This document shows positions 9,931 through 19,300 of a DNA stretch of 64,000 bases, piece by piece. Source of the DNA: an uncultured delta proteobacterium (GTDB lineage: Bacteria; Desulfobacterota; Desulfuromonadia; Desulfuromonadales; BM103); NCBI GenBank assembly GCA_963715335.1, contig CAVQRZ010000009.1:1-64000 (forward strand), written 5' to 3'. Under the pieces are notes generated by a model. That model did not search any database. It saw only the letters and a program-made list of their open reading frames with translations, and was not told the origin of the DNA. Within the stretch, counting starts at the first letter, position 1. Every line of letters begins with the position of its first letter. The position numbers and the translations under genes are program-made.

Positions 9931-10941
9931 ATGAGTAACCCTTTCATGCCCGGCCCTGAACATGAACCAGATTATTACGGCAATGGGCATTGCCTGAAGG
10001 TTGGCGTAGTGACCAACCCCCGCAGCGGCGGCAATAAAAACGGGGGCAGGGGGGTACATACGCTTCTGAATCACTGGCCGGACGTCATGCATCGTGAGGC
10101 CTTTGATCCGGAGGGGATCTCAGCGGCGCTGTCCGATTTCTCCCGCAACGGTGTCGAACTGCTGGTTATTAACGGTGGCGACGGGACGGTCCAGGCCGCC
10201 TTGACAATCCTCGGCAACAAAAAGATCTTTGACCAGCCGCCACTGCTATCCCTGTTGTGCGCCGGTACCACCAGCATGCTGCCCAGGGATGTCGGTGTCG
10301 CCGGCAACCCGGCTCTTGCCCTGCGGCGAATCCTCGAATGGTCGAAATCGACGAACCAGGACCTTGTCATTCAGACACGCTCGATATTGCGGGTGCAAAC
10401 AGGCACAGAAGCCTTGTTCGGGATGTTCTTCGGCGCAGGGGCAATCTGCGAAGGCATCAGGCTTTTTCACAGTAAAGACAACCCCATGGGTCGGCGCGGT
10501 CAACTGATGCCGATGTTGACCATGGCGCGTCTTTTTCTGGCGATACTCTTTAACAACCAGGAGCAGGTGACGCCTTTTATAAACAGTGCCGGCATCAACG
10601 GCGGAGAGGCTGAGAAGAGAGCGGACCTGCTCGTCCTTGTCAGCACCCTTGACCGGCTGTTCCTCGGCATGCGCCCTTACTGGGGGACTGAAGAGGGCCC
10701 GTTGCGCTACACAGCCGTGAGCACAAATCCGAAAAAACTTTTAAGCACCCTCTTTTCACTGTTCGGTTCAGGTCGCAACCGACATGCGATACCGGAAAAT
10801 GGCTATTTGAGCCACAACGTTACGGCCGTGCGGCTGGATATGGAGGGTGACTTCACCCTCGACGGCGAATTGTACACAGCAGGGGCGGGCCCGGTCACGG
10901 TTTCATCAGCGGGCCCGGCCCTGTTCCTTTGTTCATGTTGA
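9931..10941 (+). CDS. cpgB: Diacylglycerol/sphingosine kinase family, CpgB-like ceramide kinase
   Basis: VVTNPRSG, INGGDGTVQ, AGTTSM, FTLDGELY DAGK motifs; position between CDP-alcohol transferase and Tam41-like gene as in the Caulobacter cpg genes. Confidence 0.75.
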   Translation: MSNPFMPGPEHEPDYYGNGHCLKVGVVTNPRSGGNKNGGRGVHTLLNHWPDVMHREAFDPEGISAALSDFSRNGVELLVINGGDGTVQAALTILGNKKIFDQPPLLSLLCAGTTSMLPRDVGVAGNPALALRRILEWSKSTNQDLVIQTRSILRVQTGTEALFGMFFGAGAICEGIRLFHSKDNPMGRRGQLMPMLTMARLFLAILFNNQEQVTPFINSAGINGGEAEKRADLLVLVSTLDRLFLGMRPYWGTEEGPLRYTAVSTNPKKLLSTLFSLFGSGRNRHAIPENGYLSHNVTAVRLDMEGDFTLDGELYTAGAGPVTVSSAGPALFLCSC

Positions 10942-10963
10942 TTGTGAACAATGAGTAATTATT

Positions 10964-11935
10964 GTGAATGATTACAGAGATATAAGCGCCTTTGACGAGA
11001 TCGTTGACCTGGTCGGTGCGCCGTCAACCGAAGAGCTGCCGCCCGGAGTCGTTGCGCTGGCTGACGCAGCCCGCGAGCTGCACGGCGATGCCGTCCTTGC
11101 GGTACTCTTTTACGGCTCCTGCCTGCGCACGGGGAACGTTCAGGACGGTCTCGCAGATCTTTACCTGCTGGTCGATAATTATCAAGCGGCATTCAACAGC
11201 CGCACCCTCGCTTTTTTCAACAAATCGTTGCCGCCCAACGTCTTCTATCTGGAAGTGCTGTTCGAGGGGCAAGTGTTGCGAGCCAAGTATGCCGTGCTCA
11301 CGCTTGCCGACTTTCGTCAAGGCACAGAGCACTGGTTTCACTCCTACCTGTGGGGCAGATTTGCCCAGAAAACCGGCATAATCTACGCTCAGGATGATTC
11401 TGTTGTACGCCAGGTGCATGAAGCCCTGGCTTGCGCAGTCATAAGATTCGTCGCTCAGTCGCTACCAGCAATGGAGACAACATTTACTGCACGTGACCTG
11501 TGGTCTAAAGGCCTTTCGTTTAGTTATCGAGCAGAGTTGCGCACCGAAGATTCGGAGCGGGCGGCTGAACGTCTGTTTGACGCCAACCCGGACTATTACC
11601 AGGCCTTGACCAGCGTTGTGCTTGAATCTTTACCCCTCAATATAACCGTCAACGACGCTGCAGGGACTCCTGGTTACCAGGTGGAACTCTCTGCACAGAC
11701 CAGACGTATCAATGGTTTCGCTTGGCGCACCAGGATCGTTCAAGGCAAGATCCTTTCGATCTTACGCCTTCTCAAGGGCTTTTTTACCTTTAAGGGCGGC
11801 ATAGACTATATCCTCTGGAAAATCGAGCGTCATTCAGGGGTTCGTGTCGAAGTCGGGCCAGCTTTAAGGCGTGTTCCACCGGTTGCGGTGATCGTTATTT
11901 TCTGGAGGTTGTATCGTCAGGATGCTTTCCGCTAG
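10964..11935 (+). CDS. Tam41-like nucleotidyltransferase (possible CDP-ceramide/phosphatidate cytidylyltransferase; CCNA_01219-like)
   Basis: VLFYGSCLR...LADLYLLVDNY pol-beta-type NTase motif, SYLWGRFAQK, SYRAELRTE, GGIDYILWKIERHSG. Confidence 0.65.
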   Translation: MNDYRDISAFDEIVDLVGAPSTEELPPGVVALADAARELHGDAVLAVLFYGSCLRTGNVQDGLADLYLLVDNYQAAFNSRTLAFFNKSLPPNVFYLEVLFEGQVLRAKYAVLTLADFRQGTEHWFHSYLWGRFAQKTGIIYAQDDSVVRQVHEALACAVIRFVAQSLPAMETTFTARDLWSKGLSFSYRAELRTEDSERAAERLFDANPDYYQALTSVVLESLPLNITVNDAAGTPGYQVELSAQTRRINGFAWRTRIVQGKILSILRLLKGFFTFKGGIDYILWKIERHSGVRVEVGPALRRVPPVAVIVIFWRLYRQDAFR

Positions 11936-12117
11936 TCTTTTTACAGCTGAAGCAAAATCCCGTGCTGAGCGGGAGCAGTCACATCAATACCCTTTTCCCA
12001 AAGCCCCTATTTCCTGGTAAAGCCCGCCTGGCTGTTGTCAATTCCGATAATGCGTATAAGCTTTTAATCATCGCGATCCCTTAGTATAAGAATTCCAACG
12101 ACCACGAAGGAGGTTCG

Positions 12118-13146
12118 ATGCACGCGTTGGTGAAAAAAGACCCTGTCCCTGGATTGAGCCTGGCAGAACAGCCGGAACCGGAGATCGGTATTAATGATGT
12201 GCTGATTAAGGTCAAGCGCAGCGCGATCTGCGGCACGGATCTGCATATCTATAACTGGGACGCCTGGGCGGAAAAGACGATCCCCGTGCCGATGGTGATC
12301 GGCCACGAGTTTGTCGGTGAGATCGTTGAGGTCGGCTCCAACGTCATCGATTTCTCGCCGGGGCAGATTGTTTCCGGCGAAGGACACGTTGTATGCGGTC
12401 GCTGCCGCAACTGCATGGCTGGAAAACGCCACCTGTGCGCCCATACCAGCGGGGTTGGGGTGGACAGACCAGGGGCCTTTGCCGAGTACCTGTCTTTACC
12501 TGTGTCGAATGTCTGGGTGCACCGCCCGAACATCGATCTGGAGGTGGCGACTCTCTTCGATCCGCTGGGTAACGCGGTGCATACGGCGTTGCAATACGAC
12601 CTGCTCGGCGAGGATGTGCTGATAACAGGCGCCGGGCCGATCGGCGTCATGGCGGCAGCTGTCTGTCGACACGCCGGCGCGCGCTACGTGGTGGTCACCG
12701 ATATCAACCCGAAGCGCCTGGAGTTGGCCAGAAGACTGGGGGCGACTTGCACGGTGGATGTGACCGGTGACACCATCGCCGGCGCGCAGCAGCGGCTGGG
12801 CATGGCGGAAGGCTTTGACGTGGGGCTGGAAATGTCAGGCAGCCCGGCGGCGTTTAAGGAGATGCTGGCCAACATGAAGCACGGCGGCAAGATTGCCATG
12901 CTCGGTATCCCGGAGAATGATATGACGGTCGACTGGAACACGGTGATCTTCAACATGCTGACCCTGAAGGGGATCTACGGCCGTGAGATGTATGAAACCT
13001 GGTACAAGATGTCGGTGATGGTGGAGTCGGGTCTGGACATCAGCCCGGTGATCACCCACCGCCTGCACTATACGGAGTTTGAAACGGGCTTTGCCGCCAT
13101 GCAGAGCGGCGAAGCATGTAAAGTGATTCTCAACTGGGACACCTGA
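12118..13146 (+). CDS. tdh: L-threonine 3-dehydrogenase
   Basis: [65 protein letters not shown]. Confidence 0.97.
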   Translation: MHALVKKDPVPGLSLAEQPEPEIGINDVLIKVKRSAICGTDLHIYNWDAWAEKTIPVPMVIGHEFVGEIVEVGSNVIDFSPGQIVSGEGHVVCGRCRNCMAGKRHLCAHTSGVGVDRPGAFAEYLSLPVSNVWVHRPNIDLEVATLFDPLGNAVHTALQYDLLGEDVLITGAGPIGVMAAAVCRHAGARYVVVTDINPKRLELARRLGATCTVDVTGDTIAGAQQRLGMAEGFDVGLEMSGSPAAFKEMLANMKHGGKIAMLGIPENDMTVDWNTVIFNMLTLKGIYGREMYETWYKMSVMVESGLDISPVITHRLHYTEFETGFAAMQSGEACKVILNWDT

Positions 13147-13190
13147 CACAACGGACCCAGCCAATCGGTGGGCGATGACGGAGTCGAGCA

Positions 13191-14375
13191 TTGAAAGATC
13201 AATTTTATGAACACTTAAGCGCCGAGCTGGACGGTATCGCATCGGCCGGTCTGTACAAGAACGAACGCCTCATCACCACACCACAGGGAGCTCATGTTGG
13301 CGTGCGCAGTGGTGGTGAGGTGCTCAACCTCTGCGCTAACAACTATCTCGGCCTGGCCCAACATCCAGAGGTGAACCTCGCCGCCCAAAAGGCGCTTGAG
13401 GAGTGGGGTTTCGGTATGGCGTCGGTGCGTTTCATCTGCGGCACGCAGACCCTGCACAAGGCGCTGGAAGAGGCGCTCAGTGACTTTCTCGGGATGGCCG
13501 ACACGATCCTCTACCCATCATGTTTTGACGCCAACGGCGGCTTGTTTGAGACCCTGTTGGCTGATGAGGATGCCGTTATCTCCGATGAGCTCAACCACGC
13601 CAGCATCATCGACGGCGTGCGCCTCTGCAAGGCGCAACGCTACCGTTACCGCAACAACAATATGGCCGATCTCGAAGATCAGCTCAAAGCGGCGGCAGGA
13701 GCGCGCTTCAAGCTGATCACCACCGACGGCGTCTTCTCAATGGATGGCTACATCGCCAAAATCGATGAAATCTGTGATTTGGCCGAACGGTATGATGCCA
13801 TGGTGCATGTCGACGATTCACACGCCACCGGATTTGTCGGCCACGGCGGTCGCGGCACGCACGAATATCGTGGCTGCATGGGACGGGTGGATATCATCAG
13901 CGGGACGCTTGGCAAGGCCCTTGGCGGCGCCAGCGGCGGCTTCACCAGTGCCCGCAAAGAGGTGGTCGATTTGCTGCGCCAACGCTCGCGGCCTTATCTC
14001 TTCTCCAATTCGGTGGCGCCACCGGCCGTGGCTGGCGCCCTGAAAGCCCTCGAACTGGTGAGTGGCTCCAGCCTGCTGCGCGAACAGTTGCAGGAGAATA
14101 CTGCGATCTTCCGTGCAGGGCTGGAAAAACATGGCTTTGAGTTGTTGCCGGGTGAGCACCCAATCGTTCCGGTCATGCTTCATGATGCTGCAACCGCGGC
14201 GAGATTCGCCGAGGCCATGCTGGCACAGGGAATTTACGTGGTGGCCTTTTCCTATCCGGTCGTACCGCAAGGGCAAGCGCGCATCCGCACCCAGATGTCG
14301 GCCGCCCTGACGCCGGATGATTTGACCTTTGCCATCGATGCCTTTGGCAAGGTGAAGCAAAAGCTGGGCTTCTAG
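13191..14375 (+). CDS. kbl: 2-amino-3-ketobutyrate CoA ligase (glycine C-acetyltransferase)
   Basis: [61 protein letters not shown]; follows tdh. Confidence 0.96.
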   Translation: MKDQFYEHLSAELDGIASAGLYKNERLITTPQGAHVGVRSGGEVLNLCANNYLGLAQHPEVNLAAQKALEEWGFGMASVRFICGTQTLHKALEEALSDFLGMADTILYPSCFDANGGLFETLLADEDAVISDELNHASIIDGVRLCKAQRYRYRNNNMADLEDQLKAAAGARFKLITTDGVFSMDGYIAKIDEICDLAERYDAMVHVDDSHATGFVGHGGRGTHEYRGCMGRVDIISGTLGKALGGASGGFTSARKEVVDLLRQRSRPYLFSNSVAPPAVAGALKALELVSGSSLLREQLQENTAIFRAGLEKHGFELLPGEHPIVPVMLHDAATAARFAEAMLAQGIYVVAFSYPVVPQGQARIRTQMSAALTPDDLTFAIDAFGKVKQKLGF

Positions 14376-14411
14376 TCCGCCAATTCAGGAACAGCTGAGC
14401 GAGAAAGAGCC

Positions 14412-14531
14412 ATGAACGGTTTGGCAGGTCAAAGCTGCATACCGTGCAGGGCGGGAGCAGCGCTGGCGACGGCTGAAGAGATCGCGGCCAATGAACAGGG
14501 GTTGCAGAGACATTTCAGCTTCGTCAAATGA
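14412..14531 (+). pseudogene. Truncated remnant of pterin-4-alpha-carbinolamine dehydratase (PhhB-like)
   Basis: 39-aa ORF MNGLAGQSCIPCRAGAALATAEEIAANEQGLQRHFSFVK resembles the LA..xCxPCRxG...T.EEI N-terminus and L.R.F.F strand of the family; the rest is absent. Confidence 0.55.
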
Positions 14532-14653
14532 CGTAGGCGAGTGACAACTTCTGTTAACTTTGCCAAGGTCGTTCTAACCTTGATTTTAAAAAGCACTCTG
14601 CAAAGTTCAGTTTCAGCGTTGTTTTATAATAAAAATCGGTGCTCAATAAATTT

Positions 14654-14669
14654 TGGTACACTCTGTGCC
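14654..14669 (+). promoter_or_regulatory. Candidate sigma54 promoter upstream of riboswitch 1
   Basis: TGGTACACTCTGTGCC = GG-N10-GC about 45 bp before the aptamer, in an AT-rich intergenic region. Confidence 0.55.
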
Positions 14670-14715
14670 ATAAGTACACTTCTCAATGAATTGATCGTTG
14701 CAGATAACGATTAAG

Positions 14716-14804
14716 AATCTCCGATAAAGGCAAAGCTAGAGAAATCTAGTGACGCAAAGCTACGGGTCCTGACCATTCGGGATAGCCGGGTTGCCGAAGA
14801 GATG
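14716..14804 (+). ncRNA. c-di-GMP-I (GEMM) riboswitch aptamer 1, upstream of the Pal-like gene
   Basis: GGCAAA-GCTAGA-GAAA-TCTAGT-GACGCAAAGCTACGGGTCC...GATAGCCGGGTTGCCGAA with P1 ATCTC/GAGAT; G at the Vc2-G20-equivalent position. Confidence 0.93.
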
Positions 14805-14841
14805 AGTCACATTTCTTGGAATCCGGCTACAGAGGTATTCA

Positions 14842-14886
14842 AGAAGCGCTCATCTTCGGCAGAGGATGAGCGCTTCTCCTGTTTTT
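14842..14886 (+). terminator. Intrinsic terminator, expression platform of riboswitch 1
   Basis: AGAAGCGCTCATCTTC-GGCA-GAGGATGAGCGCTTCT stem followed by CCTGTTTTT. Confidence 0.8.
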
Positions 14887-14977
14887 GCGGCAGCCTTTCT
14901 CCGGTGAATGTCCTCAGTCGAATGTTTCGATTGTTAGTTTATCGGCTGTTATTACCTTTACAAAGGAGAGTGAAAAA

Positions 14978-15502
14978 ATGAACAAGACCATCGTAAATGC
15001 TATCGTGATGACCCTGTTTGGCGCCTTGATTGTTACTGGGTGCGCAAAGCCCGAAGTGGCTGATCCGATCAGTGATTCAAGCAAAGCCCCGTCACCTTCA
15101 ACAACGCAATCAAATCTTGCCGTGGAGTCGGTCATAGAAAAACAACCTGCCCAAACTGCTCCGGCCCCAATTGCTCTTGAACAGATCCGGTTTGCTTACG
15201 ACCAGGCGACTTTATCCGCACAAGCCCGTAACACCTTGTCTGCCAATGCGGCGATTCTGCAATTAGCGCCTGAGTTATTGGTCAGCATTGAAGGGCATTG
15301 CGATGATCGCGGGTCAGACGAATACAATCTGTCGCTTGGAGAGCGGCGCGCCCAGTCAGTCAGGGCTTACCTGGTGTCGCTCGGGATTGAAGCACAACGT
15401 CTGAAGACCATTTCCTATGGCGAGGAAAAGCCGCTCGATACGGCGAACAATGAAATGGCCTGGGCCAAGAACCGCCGGGCCGAATTCAAGTTGCTCAATT
15501 AA
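14978..15502 (+). CDS. pal: Pal-like peptidoglycan-associated OmpA-family lipoprotein
   Basis: Lipobox IVTGC; IRFAYDQ, IEGHCDDRGSDEYNLSLGERRA, SYGEEKP, AWAKNRRAEF; RBS AAGGAG; no tolB adjacent, so probably a paralog. Confidence 0.85.
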   Translation: MNKTIVNAIVMTLFGALIVTGCAKPEVADPISDSSKAPSPSTTQSNLAVESVIEKQPAQTAPAPIALEQIRFAYDQATLSAQARNTLSANAAILQLAPELLVSIEGHCDDRGSDEYNLSLGERRAQSVRAYLVSLGIEAQRLKTISYGEEKPLDTANNEMAWAKNRRAEFKLLN

Positions 15503-15622
15503 CCGCGATCACGTCCTGAAGAAGTCTTGACGGGACACATGGATTGATTTTTTGCATGGCGATCTCTACGGCAGGATCGACCATAATAGGAGCAATTTTT
15601 ATCGATTAAACCAACCAGAAAA

Positions 15623-15713
15623 CATATCTCCGACAAGGGCAAAGCCAGAGCAATCTGGTGACGCAAAGCCACGGGTCCTGACCGTTCAGGATAGCCGGGT
15701 TGCCGAAGAGATG
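15623..15713 (+). ncRNA. c-di-GMP-I riboswitch aptamer 2 (first of triple tandem)
   Basis: AGGGCAAA-GCCAGA-GCAA-TCTGGT-GACGCAAAGCCACGGGTCCTGA..TCAGGATAGCCGGGTTGCCGAAGAGATG. Confidence 0.93.
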
Positions 15714-15750
15714 AGGCACCATCTTGGGTCGGGCAGCAGGCCAGTTCCTT

Positions 15751-15786
15751 GAGCGCTCATCTTCGGTAGAAGATTGGGCGCTTTTT
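15751..15786 (+). terminator. Terminator of riboswitch 2
   Basis: GAGCGCTCATCTTC-GGTA-GAAGATTGGGCGCTTTTT hairpin with U tract. Confidence 0.8.
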
Positions 15787-15840
15787 CGTTTTGGGGCGCC
15801 AGGAAGGATTTTTCATCAGATAGACGTTCAATCACAAAAA

Positions 15841-15928
15841 CAGCTCCGAAAGGGCAAAGCCAGAGCAATCTGGTGACGCAAAGCTACGGGTCCTGACAGT
15901 TCAGGATGGCCGGGTTGCCGAAGAGATG
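15841..15928 (+). ncRNA. c-di-GMP-I riboswitch aptamer 3
   Basis: Same GEMM core; P1 CAGCTC/GAGATG with one mismatch. Confidence 0.92.
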
Positions 15929-15966
15929 AAGCACCATCTTGGATTCCGGCAGCAGGCCAGTTCCTT

Positions 15967-16002
15967 GAGCGCTCATCTTCGGCAGAAGATTGGGCGCTTT
16001 TT
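15967..16002 (+). terminator. Terminator of riboswitch 3
   Basis: GAGCGCTCATCTTC-GGCA-GAAGATTGGGCGCTTTTT. Confidence 0.8.
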
Positions 16003-16056
16003 CGTTTTGGGGCGCCAGGAAGGATTTTTCATCAGATAGACGTTCAATCACAAAAA

Positions 16057-16144
16057 CAGCTCCGAAAGGGCAAAGCCAGAGCAATCTGGTGACGCAAAGC
16101 TACGGGTCCTGACAGTTCAGGATGGCCGGGTTGCCGAAGAGATG
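16057..16144 (+). ncRNA. c-di-GMP-I riboswitch aptamer 4
   Basis: Identical by eye to aptamer 3. Confidence 0.92.
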
Positions 16145-16182
16145 AAGCACCATCTTGGATTCCGGCAGCAGGCCAATTCCTC

Positions 16183-16224
16183 GAGCGCTCATCTTCGGCA
16201 GAAGATTGGGCGCTTTTGTTTTTT
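16183..16224 (+). terminator. Terminator of riboswitch 4
   Basis: GAGCGCTCATCTTC-GGCA-GAAGATTGGGCGCTTTTGTTTTTT, about 80 bp before the adhesin ATG. Confidence 0.8.
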
Positions 16225-16303
16225 GGGCAGCGGGAAAAAACAGCGGCAGCGTCTGCAGAAGAATGAAACGGGTTTTACTCTTACCGAGGTCGTGTAACGG
16301 GAT

Positions 16304-19300
16304 ATGTTGTTGCTTAAGATCATATCGAAGGGCCGGATAAAGCTTACAACCGTGGTTTTGGGTGTTGGCTTGCTGCTCGTTGCCGCAGCGGTTCAGGCTG
16401 CGCCCTGCGATATCAAACCCGGCGCAGATCCTTTCATACGGCACGATTTGTCCAATAGTTACTGCGAGCTGTGTGGCTACGGCTACATAACGATCATTGT
16501 CACCAACCCCTACAATTTCACGCAAGACCCCCTTGATCCACTGGGCCCGCAAATTCCCGGAGCGGATATGACCGCGATGACCGTCGAGGAGAACCTCGGC
16601 ATCTCCGGCTTGAGCTATGCTGAAAACGCACCGAATCCGGTCATCTACCGGGTTAACAACGGCATCGCCCAGGCCGGCTTAGCCCCGGCGATAAACGGCT
16701 CCACGCTGACCTTCACCTCAACCCAGGTCCCGGCCCTTACGCTTTTGCAGGCCCGACAAGGAATCAATCGGTTCAATACCATCTCCATCAGGGTTGCCGT
16801 AAGTCGGTCGACTGATCCGGAAGAGCTGATTGATGCTGACCGCACCATCCAGGCAACCCTGCGATTCGACACGGATTCAGGCTGCAACGATTCACCGCAA
16901 ACTGACACGGACACACTGCCGTTGCGCGAACCGATTCCGCAAGTGACCAAAACCGGCTGGAATTACGATGCCGGCCAGCGACAGAACTCGGCGAGTAACC
17001 CCGTTTACGGCAACAATAATGATGATGTTGTCTGGCGCGTCCGGATCGACAACGGCGGTCTGGCCGGTCTGCAGCACCTGCGTTTCGACGACCTGATGCA
17101 ATCGGACAGCATGGTCATCAGTGACGTTTGTGCAACCGACGTGTCGGCCAACATTATTGCGGGCAATAATGGGGCAGGGACTGCATCAGGATGTACTCCT
17201 GCGAGTAATAGAATCAATAATTTCCTCGTTACCAACCCATTTGGTGACATGGGTCTGTCGTTCGATGGTTACGAAGTCGATGTTGCCGCAGGCGGCAGCA
17301 CTTCCATCTATCTGGTCGGCAAGATCACTGGCAGCGGGTCTTGCGAAACCAGCCGGACCAACACTGTTGATGACGTCAGGTGGGGATGCGAACAACCGCC
17401 AGGGACCGGCGGCATCACCCGGACTTCGACAGGCATCATCCCTGCGGACACCGCCACCTTCTACTCCCTGTATAACGATGATCATCCACTCCTGAGCGTG
17501 CAACGCCGCCTGACCGGAACCAACACCTCCCAACCGGTGGGCAGTAAAGGGACAATGACCATCATCATCCGCAACAACAGCGGCGGGAGTGTGAAAAATA
17601 TCCACCTTGCCGATGTGCTGCCAGTTGAGTATGTGGTTGACCCGACCTTTGCCCCGGAACTCAATGTCAACCCGGCCTACGGAGTGGATTACGACGGCAT
17701 GATCGACACGCTGGTCTGGACGAATGAGGCTCCGCTCGACACACCCCTTGCCAACATCGCTCCCGAATTTGACCTGACCAGCAATGGCGTGACCCACCCG
17801 CTATATACCGACCAGGTCAACATGCTGCGGCATGGCGACGTGGCGGTTGTTCGGTTCCGTGTCGTCCTGATCGAGTCTGATTATTATGACCGGAACGCCA
17901 ATCTTGACGTCAACCCTGAAGAGTACCCGGTCACCGGAACCGATCCGACTTACAAGACCCCGCTGAGCAATCAACTGACCGTCGACTTCGACCTGTTCTG
18001 CGCCGCCCAGGGCCACCAGACGCTGGTTTTGACCGGCAATGGTACCGGTAACCCGACCGGGGCGGAAATTCCTGCCTTTCCCGAAGACCTGGATATTGCC
18101 GTTGGCGGCGATGTCTTCATTCTGACCAACGACCCCGATCAACTCCTGACATTGCCGATTCTGGTGACCAACAACGGTGGCCATGATGCTGCTGATTACC
18201 AAGTCTTTGTCAGCTTCGGCGCCACCATGGAAGTCGTTGATCCGCCGGCCGGTTGCAGTCCTATCGCATTATCCGGCGACCCCAACCAACCTGAACCCTG
18301 GAAGGTCTGGGTCCAACCTGCGCCGATCCCGGCAACGGCAACCGTCTACCAATGCAGTTCGCCTGGCGTCATCCGGCCGAGAGACACGGTCACACTTGAG
18401 TTTGATGTCAGGAAGAGCCTTGTGCCGTCACGGATTGTCATCGACGACCTCAGTCTGCGCGCTGATGTGGTCGGCGAAATCATGCTGAGCGATGGTACGC
18501 CACTCTGGTTTCCTGCACCTTTGAATCGGCCTGACGGACAGCTTGATCGCGCCAACAACTACTCGATGGACGCAACCTGGGCGCGCGTGATCGGCTTTAA
18601 CCTGAAAAAGAGTCAGATCGGCACCTGCAATGAGAATAATCCGCCAAGCTTCGATGCCAACGGCTACGAGGAGGTGCAGATTGGCGAGGAGTGCCTCTTC
18701 CATATCGAAACCGGGGGCTGGTTCGGTTTCAAAACACCAGGATTCGCCTATATTGCGGTGCAGAATATTGACGTGACCGATGAAGTCCCTGACGGACAAG
18801 CGTACCTTTCCAGTACCGACCCCTACGTCCAGTCTACCTCCTTGATCGAAAATGTGACACTGAATCCGGTTGACCTGTCGGCCCTCGACGAGGGCTGGTT
18901 TGACTGGCGCTTCAATGTTCCCGATGACGAGCAAATCCGGGTGGCCGATGAATGGTTTGTCGTTGACACGAAAACGCGGCTGCTCAACAAACCGATCGAT
19001 CAGCGCCAATCGCCTAATTTCCACGCTGAGAATAGCCACAATGTCCTTAATTCGATGTTTGATGCGACCTTCAAGAATGACAATACCGGTCTGGTCGAGA
19101 AATATACCCTCGGCCCGAACACGATCGGATATCCCAACGAAGCGATCCGCCGCGTTGACCTTACCCTGACTGAACCGCTGATCACGCTGGTCAAGGAGGT
19201 GTGCAACGAAACCCTGTACGGTATCGGAGATTCTTGCAGTAAGTTCGTTGCCCTGACCAATGAAGGCGATGCCTACAGTTCATACGTTTATCGCATCACG

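Larger units (their letters stand above)
15623..16224 (+). repeat. Three tandem ~216-bp aptamer+terminator units
   Basis: GGGCAAAGCCAGAGCAATC recurs at 15637, 15852 and 16068 (periods 215 and 216 bp). Confidence 0.97.

Noticed and set aside
13191..14375. kbl as the serine palmitoyltransferase of the adjacent sphingolipid locus
   Set aside because: Same AOS family, but the [22 protein letters not shown] and RSRPYLFSN motifs and the pairing with tdh identify Kbl; SPT typically has GTFSKS
15623..16224. CRISPR array, or small repeated ORFs (15552-15752, 15686-15868, 15884-16084)
   Set aside because: Units are ~216 bp with no unique spacers and no cas genes; they are explained by riboswitch structure, and the ORFs are incidental
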